A model generated the notes under the pieces. That model saw only the letters and a list, made by a program, of their open reading frames with translations. It was not told where the DNA came from and ran no database searches. From assembly GCA_905331295.1 (NCBI GenBank), contig CAJNYD010000014.1:1-64000 (forward strand): a DNA stretch of 64,000 nucleotides, written 5' to 3'. Shown in pieces: positions 1 through 14,310 of this stretch. Position 1 is the first letter of the stretch. Each line of letters starts with the position of its first letter. The position numbers and the translations under genes were made by a program. The stretch comes from Rotaria socialis (Eukaryota).

Positions 1-730
1 GCATAGCTATTCTTTTTTCAGTTCGTTCTCACTGTCATATATGATAATCGATAGAATATTATATATTATAAACAAAGATTTGTATGACAAAAGAATAGCT
101 AATTCTTTGACGCTGCCAAAATTTCTAAGTCACTGAATCGGAAGAAATACGCCAAAAGTAACTGTTCACTAATTATTTTCAGACGATTTGAGTTTACATA
201 TATGACAGCTCATCATTCTGTGAGCTGTCTGATAAGTAACTAGATTTGTTCGACTGGATAATATAAACTATGATCCATGGAAATGATTCAATCCATCAAA
301 TGAGAGAATATATACTCAGAAGAAATGGTTCTAATACTTTTCAGAACTTCAACATTCCATAAAAAGTTTAATGATGGATATCGATTCTTTGCATGCTAAG
401 TTATTCATAAGAGTTGAAACTGAGGCAGATTTTTCATAACGTTATAAGAAAAATTGTTAGAACATTCTTCAGATTCATTTTTTGGTTTACCTAATATATA
501 TTTGTTTTTAACTTTTGAAAATTCCAAAATCAATTGACTGATGTAATTATAAGTAAGAGATTTATGATTTTAAACAATATTTAATATGTTTTTGTATTCA
601 TTTTTATATTCTCTTCCTACTTTATTAATATTGATTTATTCAATTTAATGTGACGTTTTCGTTGTAGTTTACAACTTCATCAGACATAATTCTATATACA
701 CTTTTTTGCAATTTTAAATTATAATTTAAA

Positions 731-1024
731 ATCATACCGTTAAATATCTACATTGTGTAAGGGATGAAACAGATGTAAAAGGTGTGACAATTTGACTAGT
801 ACGTTTTCTTTTTTCTTTGATCTTCTTTACATTTTGTTTAATAGTGATACGGAACTGAATCATCAATCCAGAGCAATCCTACTATCGTCTTGTTCCGTAT
901 CACTATTAAACAAAATGTAACGAAGATCAAAAGAAGAAAGAAAACAGCAAATGAACTAGTCTAATTGTCGCACCTTTTACATCTGTTTTATCTCTTACAC
1001 AATGGAGATATTTAACGGTATGAT
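731..1024. repeat. Long imperfect inverted repeat (fold-back / MITE-like hairpin)
   Basis: 731-855 (atcataccgttaaatatct...aatagtgatacggaac) is the reverse complement of 892-1024 (gttccgtatcactatt...agatatttaacggtatgat), with scattered mismatches and a short indel. Loop is ~36 nt. No clear TSD. Confidence 0.85.
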
Positions 1025-2268
1025 CTTTATCAGCCTTCCTGAAAAAGCAAGTATTTGATACGTTATCCATCGAATTATTCGACAAGCAGTTAAATATTAC
1101 ATATTAATGGATTTCGACAAAAACAAAACAGCAGATCTGTTAATGAAAATATTCTATAATGATGTAGAATTTTTCAAAGTGATTTAAAAGCAATGAGAAA
1201 TAAAAATATTAGTAATAAAATTGGAAAAAATCTTTCTCTCTCAGAATTAGATCTTCGGTATTATTTATCGTCTCACATTGTTTCACATATAGAAATTCGT
1301 ACATAAGTGATTTTCAAATGTTTTGTATAATCTCTTTACTTCTGTTCTTATAATAAACTATCAGTAGAAAGAACTAATTTGAATACGAGGAATAGTCATT
1401 TCAGATGAGTCAAATTGAAGAAATAAATAGAATTTTTCATAATCGTATAAGTGTTAATTTCTTTCTGAGACTAATACGTTTCTAAATGAATGAAATAATC
1501 ATTATATTGTTTAGTTATATTCTATTGGTAGCTTCATAATACTCGAGTAATTATGGATACACTTAAAATAGAACATGTATACCATTGATTATGTTCACAG
1601 ATTCTCTTTTAGCAACATGAATTTCTATTTATAATTAATTCAATCATAGAAACATAAGTGCATGACTTGAAAAACTAATAATAATAAGCACGACATACTT
1701 ATACATATATATTTTTAGGCATGTGTTTATCTACTGTCAATTTGTTCATGTAAATGAGTCTTATTCTCTGTTAATATGATTAGTGTTAATTATAGTACAA
1801 CTCCCGCAAATACTATCAATAGTAAATCGAATATAAAAGAAGATTACTTGAAATAGTTTTTATACTATTATATAATATTTCAAAATAAAACTCGAGATTA
1901 ATTCCATTATTAATTAATAACGACATCTAAAACGAAGCTTCTAATAGCTCTCCTCACATTTCAAAAGTATACTCAAGTATTATCAATAAAAGATATATAT
2001 ATATGTTGCTTGAATAGTACGTGTCTTGTTCTACTAAGAACATTAGTAATAAGCAAAGATGAATTGGTTGCATACAAATTATGAAATGCACGAGAATCCT
2101 ATAAGAAATAATTTAATGCAATTCAATGATGAACAAGCCACTGCTGTTACACGAGATCTAGAATTGCATCTTCAATTCTTTCTTATATTATTTGGGAAAA
2201 GAAAATGTCAAACAAATAATCTACTACATTGAATTAGATACACATATAGATTAGTTATTCCCTGCATT

Positions 2269-3516
2269 TCAATAAACCGGATATGACGGTATTCGATGTG
2301 TAGGAATGCTATTATTATTATTATTATTATTGTTATTATGAGTTGGTGATGCTCGATAGAATTGATTATGTAAACGATCAAGTAGTGTTAAGGGTTGAGG
2401 ACGAACTAATTCAAGGCGCGATCGCCTTTGCTGCTGTGAACGATCAAGAAAATCACTGGTTGTTCGTGTTGATGTTAATAGAACTGAAAGTGGTGAACAA
2501 ATATTTTCTGAAAAATGTGTTGAAATATCTTCATATTTTGTTGGAAACGGAGGATGTTGTTGTAATGAAATATCACGTCGGCGTACGCGTCGTGTTGAAC
2601 ATTTCTGTGCGGATAATGTTATTGGCTGATTATCATAGATACTTTTAATACGTTGTTGACGATAATCTGTACTGTATGAACGCTTTGCACCGTTCAATTT
2701 TTTTTCATAAACGAATCCATTCGTTATTTCTGTTGGCTCATCCGATGATGAACTTGATCGAGTAGTCGACGATATTATTTGATGTTTACGAATACGTCTA
2801 CGGCGTTTACGAGTTGTACTTGATGATGATACGTCCACGGAATCATCTTCGCTTGAATAATAATTCGTTGCTGGTGGTGGCGGCGGTATATTCGATGTTG
2901 TTGTGCATGACGTTGAAAGTGACGGATAAGTTTTTGAAGAAGATACTATTGGTGATGAAGATATTTTTGAAGATACACTAATTGAAACGACTTGTCGTTT
3001 TTCTGGACTCATTACTTCAATACTTGTTTTAAGAGAAGAAATACCATTCGATAATGGAAAATTTGACGCATGCAAGTTTTCATAATCATCATCATTAGAG
3101 TCAACATTCTTTTGTATTGATGTTGAAGGTTGAACGATTAATTTGTCATAGATTTTATTTGGGTATGAAGATGTCGATGAAGCAGCCAAATATTGCTCGC
3201 ATTCAAGTGTTAATGCACGAAATAAATCATCTAACGTAGAAGAATTCAGAAGAGGTTGCTGTTGTTGTAGATCAGATTCATAAGTACAATGACGCTGTCG
3301 GCGATGTTTTAGTGATGAAGAATTGCGCCGCGGTGGTAGTGGTACTATTGATGAGGGTGGTTGTGTTACTATGGTCGAAGGGTGATAATCATGCTCGGCA
3401 AATGTTAATGATGGTATTGCCTGAGTTGAAGACACTTGATGAAATTCGTTAGTCGATGTAGATTCACTTTTAAGTATATCTGATAGAAGAAGATTCAATT
3501 GATGTTTTGTATTCAT
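2269..3516 (-). CDS. Ser/Thr/Arg-rich low-complexity protein of unknown function (415 aa; may be the last exon of a longer gene)
   Basis: 1.25 kb open frame in very AT-rich DNA. A ttttAG acceptor at 3536-3535 lies 18 nt upstream of, and in frame with, the ATG. Basic RKRRRRIRK cluster and a poly-Asn run. No recognisable domain. Confidence 0.75.
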   Translation of the reverse strand: MNTKHQLNLLLSDILKSESTSTNEFHQVSSTQAIPSLTFAEHDYHPSTIVTQPPSSIVPLPPRRNSSSLKHRRQRHCTYESDLQQQQPLLNSSTLDDLFRALTLECEQYLAASSTSSYPNKIYDKLIVQPSTSIQKNVDSNDDDYENLHASNFPLSNGISSLKTSIEVMSPEKRQVVSISVSSKISSSPIVSSSKTYPSLSTSCTTTSNIPPPPPATNYYSSEDDSVDVSSSSTTRKRRRRIRKHQIISSTTRSSSSSDEPTEITNGFVYEKKLNGAKRSYSTDYRQQRIKSIYDNQPITLSAQKCSTRRVRRRDISLQQHPPFPTKYEDISTHFSENICSPLSVLLTSTRTTSDFLDRSQQQRRSRLELVRPQPLTLLDRLHNQFYRASPTHNNNNNNNNNSIPTHRIPSYPVY

Positions 3517-6500
3517 TTCTGTTTTTGATATAGTCTAAAATAATAAATAGAGGTATTTCGAACATTCATCTATTCAATAGTGATACGTGTCTAGACGTAT
3601 GTTAATCGAGCGTATCATGAAAATCTAAAAGTCAATTTTTATAATTAACATTGAAATTCAATTTTCAATTAATTTTTGTGCTCTACGAAAACTATTCCAA
3701 TCATAGTTACAATTACAATTGAAAAAATATAAAAGAAACAAATATATTTTATCATAATTAATTGCTATTTATCACTTGTACTAACAAATTATCGTTAATA
3801 TTATTGACATAGCAATATCGAAATAAATTATACATCGTCACTATTACTATGTTATTCTTACCGTTGATGATTATTTACTTGACCATAAAAAAGAAAGAAT
3901 CATATTGATCACAATGTAAATCATATTCTTGTTAGTTATTCTACTTGAGTGAAAAGCTAGGAACAACAATAATCATGTTAGATAGAGATGGTAAAGGAAG
4001 AGAGAAAAAAATAGGAGAAACTGACATCTTTTTTCTGTTTGTCAGTGTGATAAGTGTGCGAAAAGGAAAGAGAAAGAAGACGAAGAAGACTATCCTTTTT
4101 GTGTTTAGAGGATGAAATAGTCAAGGTTAGCGGCTTGTATTCTCTTTTTTTTTCTCTTCTTCTTTTCCTTCGTCAATCGTTAACATACAGAACACGAACT
4201 CTGGTAAACGACACACATGCACAAAAATAAGAGAAGAAGGGTAAGACAGAAAGCGGAGATGAATGATTATCGACATTCACGTCTGTCAACCAACGCTCCT
4301 TTTCTCTATTGATGATGACAATAAATACTAACAATGTCTATTCATTCATCTCGAAACATGCAAGAGGCTTCCGACAATTGATGAACTCCATATAATAAAA
4401 CGAATGTGGAACTTAGGAAGAATAAAAGAAACTATGGCATCACTAATTTTATTCATCTCTCTTCTCCTACTGTGATATTGTAGACGCGAAATGCAAATTC
4501 AAACCATAAAAAGGATAAAACTCATCATCACTCTTCATTCGTTGCTTTAATTTCCCACTAGGTTTGCATAGGCACAGCCAATGCTCAACGTAACGTAACA
4601 TAATAGTATATTTCACATAATGCATGATTGCGCCATAACTGGCGTGTCTTTCTTTCCTTTTCTTTTTTTTTGTCACATTTCTATTCAACGTTAATGGGAC
4701 TGTTTAGCATACAATAAAATTTCCTTTACTGATGATGACTGGTTAGAAATCAAGAGTACTCTCGCTTGTGGTCGCAATAAGAATACCTAGACGAAGTCTA
4801 TCTATAATTATAGATCGGAATTCAACAAATACGTACTATTGATCGATGATTATATACATACAATACAAAGAACAGAATGGGATACTTTAAATGACTTATG
4901 TGTTATATCTGATATTAGAGTGCGAGATGTATATAATGCTTTGAACCATCTGTCTGTCTATTGGGATACATATACATGTCTGTTTTTACAGAAGGCTAAT
5001 AAGTTTCAAATGTCATTAGTATTTACATTTCATTTTCATGTATAAAAAATTAGTTTGCAAATCAACACAACGAAAAATATATGATACATGATGCTGATAG
5101 TAAATCACGTCCGTCGTTTCATTGTTTATTCTGTTAAATGTCTACTTCACTTATATGATGATATCATAATCATAATAATAGTTCCCGCATTCATAAACTA
5201 AACTAAAACAAAACAGAATGCTATAATCTTATTCATACTAAAGCAATTTATGATCGGCTATAACAATTTTATATCTTTTGTTTTTGGTTTCAATATTAAA
5301 AATTTTCATTAAACGAAGATTTAATTTAAGAAAATGATCATCAACGAGTCTTGGTAGAACTATAATTGAATATAAGAGAAATTAAAATTTATTTCTTCGT
5401 TTTCTTTTCAATTATTTCTAGTGAATCTATTATTCTAACTAAAGTAAAATAAATAGTTGCATTGATTGTAACTGATTCATACATGCCACAGTATTTTCAT
5501 TTTCATTTGAATAATATTTGTAAATGAAGCCAAGCAAAAAAATATAAACTTTTTTTACACTAAGTATTTCTATTATGTTTCAATGGAATAATCTGATCGG
5601 TTACAAAAGAGAAAATTAAAAAAAGCAATACCAGTGTTTCTTTTTCTTTTCGTAATATTATCTCGACAGATTAAATAATCGCGTGAGAACATAACAAGCT
5701 GGTGAACAACTTCAGATATGATTACAAAATGAACAAATATCTAGTAAATATAACTTCATATGGTATGGATTAATAATATAATTCCCATTCTGATGATCAT
5801 CCTTGAGAAGATAGATAAAAACTGATTCGATTAGAAAATAGTCTAAACACTTTGGTCAATATTTTGATTGAATCGAATTTGACATATCAATGACCTCGGA
5901 GCTTTTAATAATATCAATCGAATACGTTTTTTTTTCATAGTCAATATAAAGATTCAATTATAAAAAAAAAGTACAAAAAAAAATCGTTCTTTTCTTTTCG
6001 TCCTACAGCACATCAACATTTAAATAAAATCTATTTTCTTACGTATTATATAAAGTAAATACCAACTAATAACATAGAATTTTTCTTCCGATATGATATT
6101 CTACCTTTATGCTACAAAAAAAAAACTATATAATATCTTTGGTGAAGATATGTTGTTTGTTCGATGATATGAATCCTTTTAATCTGAAAAAGAAATGAAA
6201 AATATTAATTTGCTTGTTTTTGTTTCTTTTTACTCTCATACGTTCTTTCTCTTTTAAATTGTTTGATGAAAACGTTCTAAAGTGTCAAATTACTATTTAC
6301 GAGATTGAAATTTCTTATTAATGAAAAAAAATATTGTAAATTTAAAATATTAATCCCATATGACTCTTATTTGGTTCGAGAGTATAATTGCATACCGTTG
6401 GTTATTTTCAAGATAAAGATAAAATTAATCTGATCATAACGAAGAAGAAGATCAGAATTTCAGAGTAATTTGGTAGGATGAATGTTTTAAATGGAGTTTC

Positions 6501-7658
6501 TATTTGCGATTAATGTATGATAAAAGGATTATTTCAATGAATCGATAGAATTCTTAACAAAATAAACTAGCTTCACCTGAACAACATTCTTGCATTTCAT
6601 GAAATCTATATTTAAATAAAAATGCATCAATTTCAGCGCACAACTATAGGTTAAATCGACTCGTTCGAGTAACCATATGATTTCATTTGTAATCCAAACA
6701 TGATTCATAAACAACAGTTTAGCAATCTTTTTCTATATTCTAGGAGTGGTTTATAATGATTGTTTTTTTGTTGAAGTATTAATAAGTACTTATAATTTAT
6801 GAGCATGTGATTTACAACTTCTAAGTACCTAGAACAACTGCTTTCTCTAGATTAAATATGAATTAAGCTGAAAATATGGATGCAATAACATCTGAAAACA
6901 ATTTTGATTATTATGACGTTAGTTCTATTATCGATCATATATTCCAACAGAAGGAAACTGATACAAAAAAAACTTTCTCTCCATCTGTTGGTTTATCTTC
7001 TGATTGCAAACAGAGAAAAAGTCAACTATAATAGAAATGTCGCCGGTAACCACCATCGATCTCAGAAGAAACAAACGAGATTTCTTCATCTATAAAAAGA
7101 TCTCATTTATTCTGTATTTGTCTCATTTCAATATTAACTGAACACAATACAGAATCTTCTTTTAATATTTGACTTTTGCTTCGTACGATCAAGTTCTTCT
7201 ATTTCTTTCTCTTTTTTTTGTCTGTTCGTTCTCTGTCTGACAACATAAAAAACCGCCGCTACCGTCGTCATCGATTGATTTTGCTTTGTAGTGGTACATG
7301 CATACATACACATTCATATACATATACATAAAATACAATTGAATCGAAAGAAAAACGACGACGAAAGTCATCGTCAGCATTTTGACACCGTCATTCATCA
7401 AACACTCATCATTGATTCTTGACGAACTAATACAGAATATAACTTATACGAGTAAGAGCATATCGTATATTTTCATAGTATACTATGATGATTATTATTA
7501 TTGTTATTAGTATCATCAAGTATTATATATGAAAATAATTTGATTGGTGTTATTTTCTTGTTTAGTTATGATGAAGATATTATATTGATAAACTCATTTT
7601 TAATATTAGAAAATAGAATTCATATATATAATTATTGTTCTTGCGATATGTTTTTGTC

Positions 7659-10166
7659 ATGGTCAGTGTTCTTCTTTTATTCTGTGTGTTGGACTTTCAT
7701 ATTCAGATAATCAACGGTAAGTATTAAATAAACAAATAAACATATATATATATACAGAGAGAGAGAGAGAGAGAGAGAGCGAGTTTGTAAGAACAAAGAG
7801 AATCACAATTGTTACTTTCTCTTTTACTGTTAAGAATAGCTTGTAATTTTCGGTGAACTTTTTCGTATCAAACGAAGAAAATCAATTTTCTTCTTCTTTT
7901 TCTATTATTCTTATATATTCTGACATTTTAATCGGAAATCAGAAACGACGACAGCTTTCAAATTAGAATGTGGAACTCAATTCAACTATGTACTTTCATT
8001 AATTCATCTGCTGTGACATTATACACTTGAAAAAAAAAACAGAAAAGAAAAAAGCCTACAGAAAACTAATTACTAATAGAAACTATTATGACAAATGTTT
8101 CAAGAAACATGAATGCAATTTAATGAAATGAGACAAATCAAGGATAATAGAAATATGGGATCAATAGGAACAAAGAAAAACGTTTCTATTTGTTAATAAT
8201 TTATTTTAACATTTCATCTTCTAGCTGCCTGCAGTGTTCCACTTGGTTTAAGTACAGGTGAGATAAAAGATTGGCAAATAACAGCAAGCAGTATTGATGA
8301 GCAACGCAAAGAACAATGTCAAGCAAATTTTATCCGTCTTTATTCAAGTAGTAATAATCAAGCTTGGTGTCCAAGAATAGATCAATCACATCAATGGATT
8401 CAAATAGATCTTGGTACACCAACAAAGGTAAGGATCTAATGAAAAAAAATGTTTCTTTTTCTTTTACTTTTTTATTGAATTTATTCACACTAATAGTTAC
8501 ATGGCTTCATGACACAAGGTCGACCTGGTTCAAGAGAATGGATTACATCTCTACTTATATCACATAGTCTTGATTATTACCATTGGAATTATATAACAGA
8601 CAGTGATGGTAATCAAAATATTTTTACAGCAAATCATGATGCTGTTTCCATTCGTTATCAATATTTTCGAACACCATTCAATACACGATTCATTCGTTTT
8701 CATATTGTTTCCTGGCATTTACATCCGAGTCTTCGCTTAGAACTTGTCGGATGTCCAGGTGAAGAGTGACTTTGCTTTTAATCTAATGCTTTTGTTTTTC
8801 TTGTTCATTGTGTTTAGAATGTAATAAACCGTTGGTTTTCGTTCCATATACACATTTTTCAGCCTCGTCATCTGTTCCAATTCGTCATCGCACTTCATGT
8901 CAACCACGTGATGCTTTTATATTAAGTAATAAAGGATGGTGTGCACGATATAAACAAGGTTTGAACCGTCTTTTTACTTTTGCCTTTACTGAAAGCAATA
9001 CCAATTCTTTTTTTACCACTTGATTTCAAGTCCACGACAATTGGTTACAGATTGATATTGGTCATCCAACACGTATTACAGCATTGGTAACCAAAGGACG
9101 AGGTGATCGAGGTGAACAGTGGGTTACCAAATATATAGTAGCTTTTTCTAATGATACGCATCTATGGGTTTATTACAATGACGCTCAACGGACAGTACCA
9201 AAAGTAAAACACAGATTCAATTCATTATTTTCTCTTTTTCATTATATTGTGATCTTGCTTACCTTTTCAGATGTTCAATGGTAATTATGATACGTCACTT
9301 GAACGCATTCATTATTTAAATCAACCGTTTACTGCACGATTTGTTCGATTCTTTCCAAAGGAATGGAATAATAGATTATCGATGCGAGCTGGTCTACTTG
9401 GATGTCCACATAATGGTATTCAAATTTAAGAACAAAACAGAAAAAAAGAAATCAAATTAATTTTTTTTAGGTCCTTGTTGTCTTGGCTATTTTCGTGTAC
9501 AACCTGAAACACCATGTGGTTTGTAGCAGATAGATATTTGCTTTCAAGTAAACATTTCTTAATCTTTTCTTTTTAGTGGAAAATCTTGTTCATCGAAAAT
9601 CTGTATCCCTCAACGATCTTACTCAATCACCAATTTATTCTTCTCAACAAACATTTTTATCCTATTTAAACGATGGTTATGATTCTCCATCACGTTGTAC
9701 AACAATTGATTCAACACGTTGTAGAAATGGAGAACCACAAATCGTCATTGATCTGAATCGAAATCATTACATTCATGGTATAATCATTCAACAACTTGAT
9801 ACATGTAAGAAAAACATTTCGATGATTTATGTTCGTAAAAAAAATCAAGTTCTTCATTTGTCTTCAGTTTCGCATTTATCTCAAGATGATTATTTATCAC
9901 GACTTCAACTCGATCGTATTATTGTCTATATCACACAGGACATGTATTTTGATTCACATCAATACAATAAAGCGCAATGTTCACTAGTTACACGTAAGAA
10001 TTACGGTATTCTATCTCACCGTATACATCTTCAATGTCAAACACCGATGATGGGTCGGTTTATTCATATTCAACTTGTTGGTATAAAAACAATAACAAAT
10101 CGAACACAAAAACGATTATCGCTACCATTCAAAGCTCATTTTTGTGAAATATATGCTTATAACTAA
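7659..10166 (+). CDS. Secreted discoidin (F5/8 type C) domain protein: signal peptide, two discoidin domains and a C-terminal fucolectin-like domain
   Basis: Exon 1 7659-7716 (MVSVLLLFCVLDFHIQIIN) splices in phase to 8225 (ACSVPLGLSTGEIKDWQITASS...WIQIDLG...TQGR...LRLELVGC). A second repeat follows (CNKPL...WLQIDIG...TKGRG...MRAGLLGC), and the protein ends ...FCEIYAYN*. All introns are GT-AG and phase-consistent. Confidence 0.9.
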
Positions 10167-12738
10167 TTTGATTTTCATATCCGGTGAAGAATATGAATTC
10201 GATGTGCCGATGCAAGAAAAATAAAATGAATCTCAATTAAATATATCAGGGATTTTGATTGATGTGTAGAATTCAAGTTTTGTTTTACATAATAAAAAAA
10301 TGAATCCGTTAATAATAATAATATATATATACAACAATAAATAAATAAATAAATAAATAAATCACTAAAAACAAATATATATTAATTGAATTAAATCATA
10401 TAAATGGTAAAAGTAAATAGTAGCTATGAATGAGTTCTTCTATATAAAAATAATGACCTGTATTACATTTGTTTACAATAAAAAAGAACCGTTTCCATTA
10501 CAAGATTTTTCTGATTTAAAATACGGGCATGTCTTTTATGTGCATATTTTAATGAATCTATCACATAAGTGTTTGATTATGAAACGAATATTTATTGTTT
10601 ATGAGAAAAAAAAATCAATTTAATATTCATATTTTTAAGTAATTTGAAGTTATTGGTCTTCTTGATTCACTTCAGCTTTGATTCAATAAATAAGGTAATA
10701 GTTATATGTCAAAATGAATATCAGAGCTCGTTTTTTAAATGTTTGATGAAAATATTATCGAATATTAAGTTTGTAATTTCAATAATTATACATTATCTGT
10801 CATTAATTGAAAGATTCTTATAATAGCCATGAGGCTGTGTTTTTTCCTATGAACTATTTTTGGTATCATTAAATATAATTGGAATACTTTCTTCTTCTAC
10901 AAAGAAAATTTTTCAAGATTTGATCATAGCTATTTTTATTTATATTCACAAGAGCTCCAAAATTTAATCATAAATATTTAATTTCAATTTTTTCCGAAGT
11001 AACGATTAGCATAACTAATCTAAACAGCGATCTGAATACAAAATATTGTGATGAACAAGAATTTAACAGAAACAAATCTCTGATCGTATTCCCAAAGTTC
11101 AGAATGTTTAATAGAATTGACAGCATAATTTGCCGACAAAAATAGCTTAAAATAAAATGGATTTTTTTTCACTATGCAGAACAATAGAATTCTATGAAGG
11201 AAATTTTAAAAAATCTTTATTTTGTTGATTATTTTATGAATATTGAACAAGAAGACTTTTGCATTTTTGATTAGCATCATTGTGTTTGATGACTATGCAT
11301 ATTGATATGAAGAGTTAATACACGACATGATATATAATGTGTTCGGAGCCATTAGTCTATTTCTATCAAAGATTTCGTTCCAGCTTGTAACATTTAAGCA
11401 CGATTATTTCATTTTATTTTAAAACAATTTTGTTTCTGTTCATTGTTCAGAACATTCCTGTACGTATATGATCTTTGTAATTCATATAAGTTGCTGTATT
11501 TTTAACATGATAGGATACATTCGTTTAAATACAGTCGGCACTAGACGAAAGATTTTGTTCATTCAAACTCTGTTAAAAATCATAATTTGACCACAAGTGT
11601 TCTTGCATAACACTTAAGCATATTTATTATGAGCAAAATTAGTCACAAAGCAGTCTCTGTATGGATTTTGGACTTGTTGCAACAGGCTAGCTTAACTTCA
11701 ATATTGGTCTTTGCTATTCATCAAAAAGAATCATAATACAATATAGAATCATAGTTCTAAACAATTTCAATAAGTCTTAAATTCGTGTCGAAAATACTAG
11801 CTATATGATTCTTGTGAAAGCACAAATAACAAGACAGTTAGCTTCAGGATCGCAAAAGTTAGAAATGGTCGTAAATATATGTAAACATTACGAATAGCTT
11901 ATGTACACAAATTATGCTTTCAAGACATTTGAGTGGAAATCTTTTGTTCGAATTTCGATTTTCTTTACAAAGGAAAAAGCAAGACATACTCATTAGTAGG
12001 TAATTAAAAATCTATTAAAATTTATGTTTGTTTAGATTCTGTCGATTGTATTTCCGATATTTAACGAAAGTCAAACACAGTGAAGTTTGCAGATAACTTT
12101 TTTACTGGGAGAAATTACATCAATCTCACAAAGAAAGATAGCACCAATCAGGAAGAAACTTCTATTAACAAGTATTTTAATTAGTTTCATTTTCATTGCC
12201 AAACGATCGAGACGTGTAATCATAGTTTAAAGTAACAAACAAACAAACAATATGCCTGCATTATTAGTAGTTTTCTTCTTCTATGATTGTGTAAAGAGAA
12301 GAGTAATTTTTCATGACAGTTTGACTTTTAAGAATAAACGAATTTTTTTACGAATGAGACCATTGATCAACTGACATCATGACGCATAACATACGATTTT
12401 TCTTTTCGTTTCATCACTGCATTGCAACAAACTTTCAATCAGAAAGTGGTAAAGGCCACGTATATGAATAAAATCTCTCTCTCTCTTAATATTTATATAA
12501 ATGCAAACGTAACGCAAAACATATGTGTTTGCAGGAGAAGAAGAAAAAAAAGGCAAAGACAAGAAATGTATTTTTTTATGCCGCTGAATAATGTAAAAGA
12601 AAAGAACAAAAAAAATGGAGAAGGTCTCAGGGTAACGTAAAAACTTTGACAAGAAGCGGAATCATCAAGGTTGTAGAGAAAGGAAAAAAATCTTACTTCT
12701 TTTCTATTTTTTTGGTTTGTAAGCACGCGTGATTCACC

Positions 12739-13364
12739 ATGAAATGGCAAGGTTGTTCGCAAATTTTTCAAACATTCGTAGTTAGTATCATCCTTTGTTG
12801 TCTTATCCAAGGTTCGTTCACTTAATAAGTCCAATGAGTGCAATGTCACTTTTAATTATTTTTCTATATTAGTTGATGGCAAAAAAATACGTCGCCGACG
12901 TCAATATATTTACAACAACTATGGTAATTATGCACTGAATCCTGCAGCAGCATCCTACTATGACCCGAATGGTGCTGATATCTATTCGAATAATGCTCAC
13001 CGATACAATCGTTTCGTTGTTGGTGGAGTAGCTTATCAATATCCAACGCCTGTTAATGTTATGAGTGGTGGTTCCTACAATCCACAACAATATAATGCTT
13101 ATCCAAGTGGAGCTAGTGGTGATTATTATGGTAATACCATAAACGTTGTGTTCTAAACAAAAGAATAATAATAGTTTTGTCTTCATAGCTAATATGAACA
13201 ATATGAGATTACCGTCACCAGATGGATGGTATTCCGCATATTATTTTCAAGGATATCCTTTTCTACCACGCTATAATAGTGCTCAGCGTCATTCAAATAT
13301 GGCAATCATTATTAAACTATTTTTTATGATTTTTACCTGCCTGATTTGTGCAAATGTTCTGTAA
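12739..13364 (+). CDS. Small secreted Tyr/Asn/Gly-rich protein with a furin-type site and a likely GPI-anchor signal (168 aa, 3 exons)
   Basis: Exons 12739-12811, 12873-13130 and 13189-13364 join in phase through GT-AG introns. N-terminus MKWQGCSQIFQTFVVSIILCCLIQ, then KKIRRRRQ, a Y/N/G/P-rich core, and a YNSA...IIIKLFFMIFTCLICANVL tail. Confidence 0.8.
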
Positions 13365-13536
13365 ATACGTATTTCATTTAAGACATGTGTTCTTAAGCAT
13401 AAAAGTATATTAATTACATAAAAATAAATTTAGATCATTCTTCTGTAGTATCTAATCATTTTCATGTGATATCTGCCTTTTTTAATTTAAAATTGATTAA
13501 TTTTTATGAGGTTCAATATTGTTAAACTGTTCGATA

Positions 13537-14146
13537 CAGGGCTCCTAATGGGATGGGATAATCCCATCCCATCCCATGGGACAACTTGTTTTCTTGAGAT
13601 ATCCCATGGGATGGGATGGGATGAGTTCCTAATTCCATGGGAAATGTGATTATTTTTTTTAAAGAAAAATGATTATTCATTTATGTCACACTTGACAATA
13701 GGTGAAAAGTGTGAATATTATCATTCTTTTTCTGTACTGGTCATTAACCCAACTCCGAGCTCTATTCGAACAATTGAATAAAGAATACGATAAAACATAG
13801 AAAACAGAAATAAACATAAATGTTCTTTTTTTTTGAATGTTTTAATAAAATATCATCATCTTTTGTTTTATAAATTGTTCAATATCACCTTCTATAATTA
13901 TTTCTTCCTCATTATCATCCTTAGTTTCGGATAAACAGGAATATTCAGTTGAGAAACTCAAATTTCGTTTACAACATCACAAGCAGAATTAAAANNNNNN
14001 NNNNNNNNNNNNNNNNNNNNNNNNNNNNNNNNNNNNNNNNNNNNNNNNNNNNNNNNNNNNNNNNNNNNNNNNNNNATGGGATGGGACGACTTGCATTATC
14101 CCACGGGACGAAAATTTCGTCCCATCCCATCCCATTAGGAGCCCTG
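13537..14146. mobile_element. hAT-type DNA transposon or MITE spanning an assembly gap
   Basis: Perfect 22-bp TIRs (cagggctcctaatgggatggga / tcccatcccattaggagccctg). Exact 8-bp TSD GTTCGATA at 13529-13536 and 14147-14154. Subterminal GGGAT/ATCCC repeats. Confidence 0.93.
13995..14075. other. Assembly gap (81 N)
   Basis: Run of N characters inside the hAT-type element. Confidence 1.
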
Positions 14147-14310
14147 GTTCGATAGTATGTTAGGATCGATAGACTTCAGAAGTGTTGTTATTCATCTGTT
14201 CATACTGTTGCATATGCCGTAACAATAGTTACCCCATGATTCTTTGTTTCTTCTGGTTTCCCCCCGTTGATGGCAAAAATAAAAGGAGAAAAATAAAAGC
14301 CAATCAGAAA

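Noticed and set aside
12864..13201. Two minus-strand ORFs (60 and 110 aa)
   Set aside because: They overlap the better-supported spliced plus-strand gene at 12739-13364.
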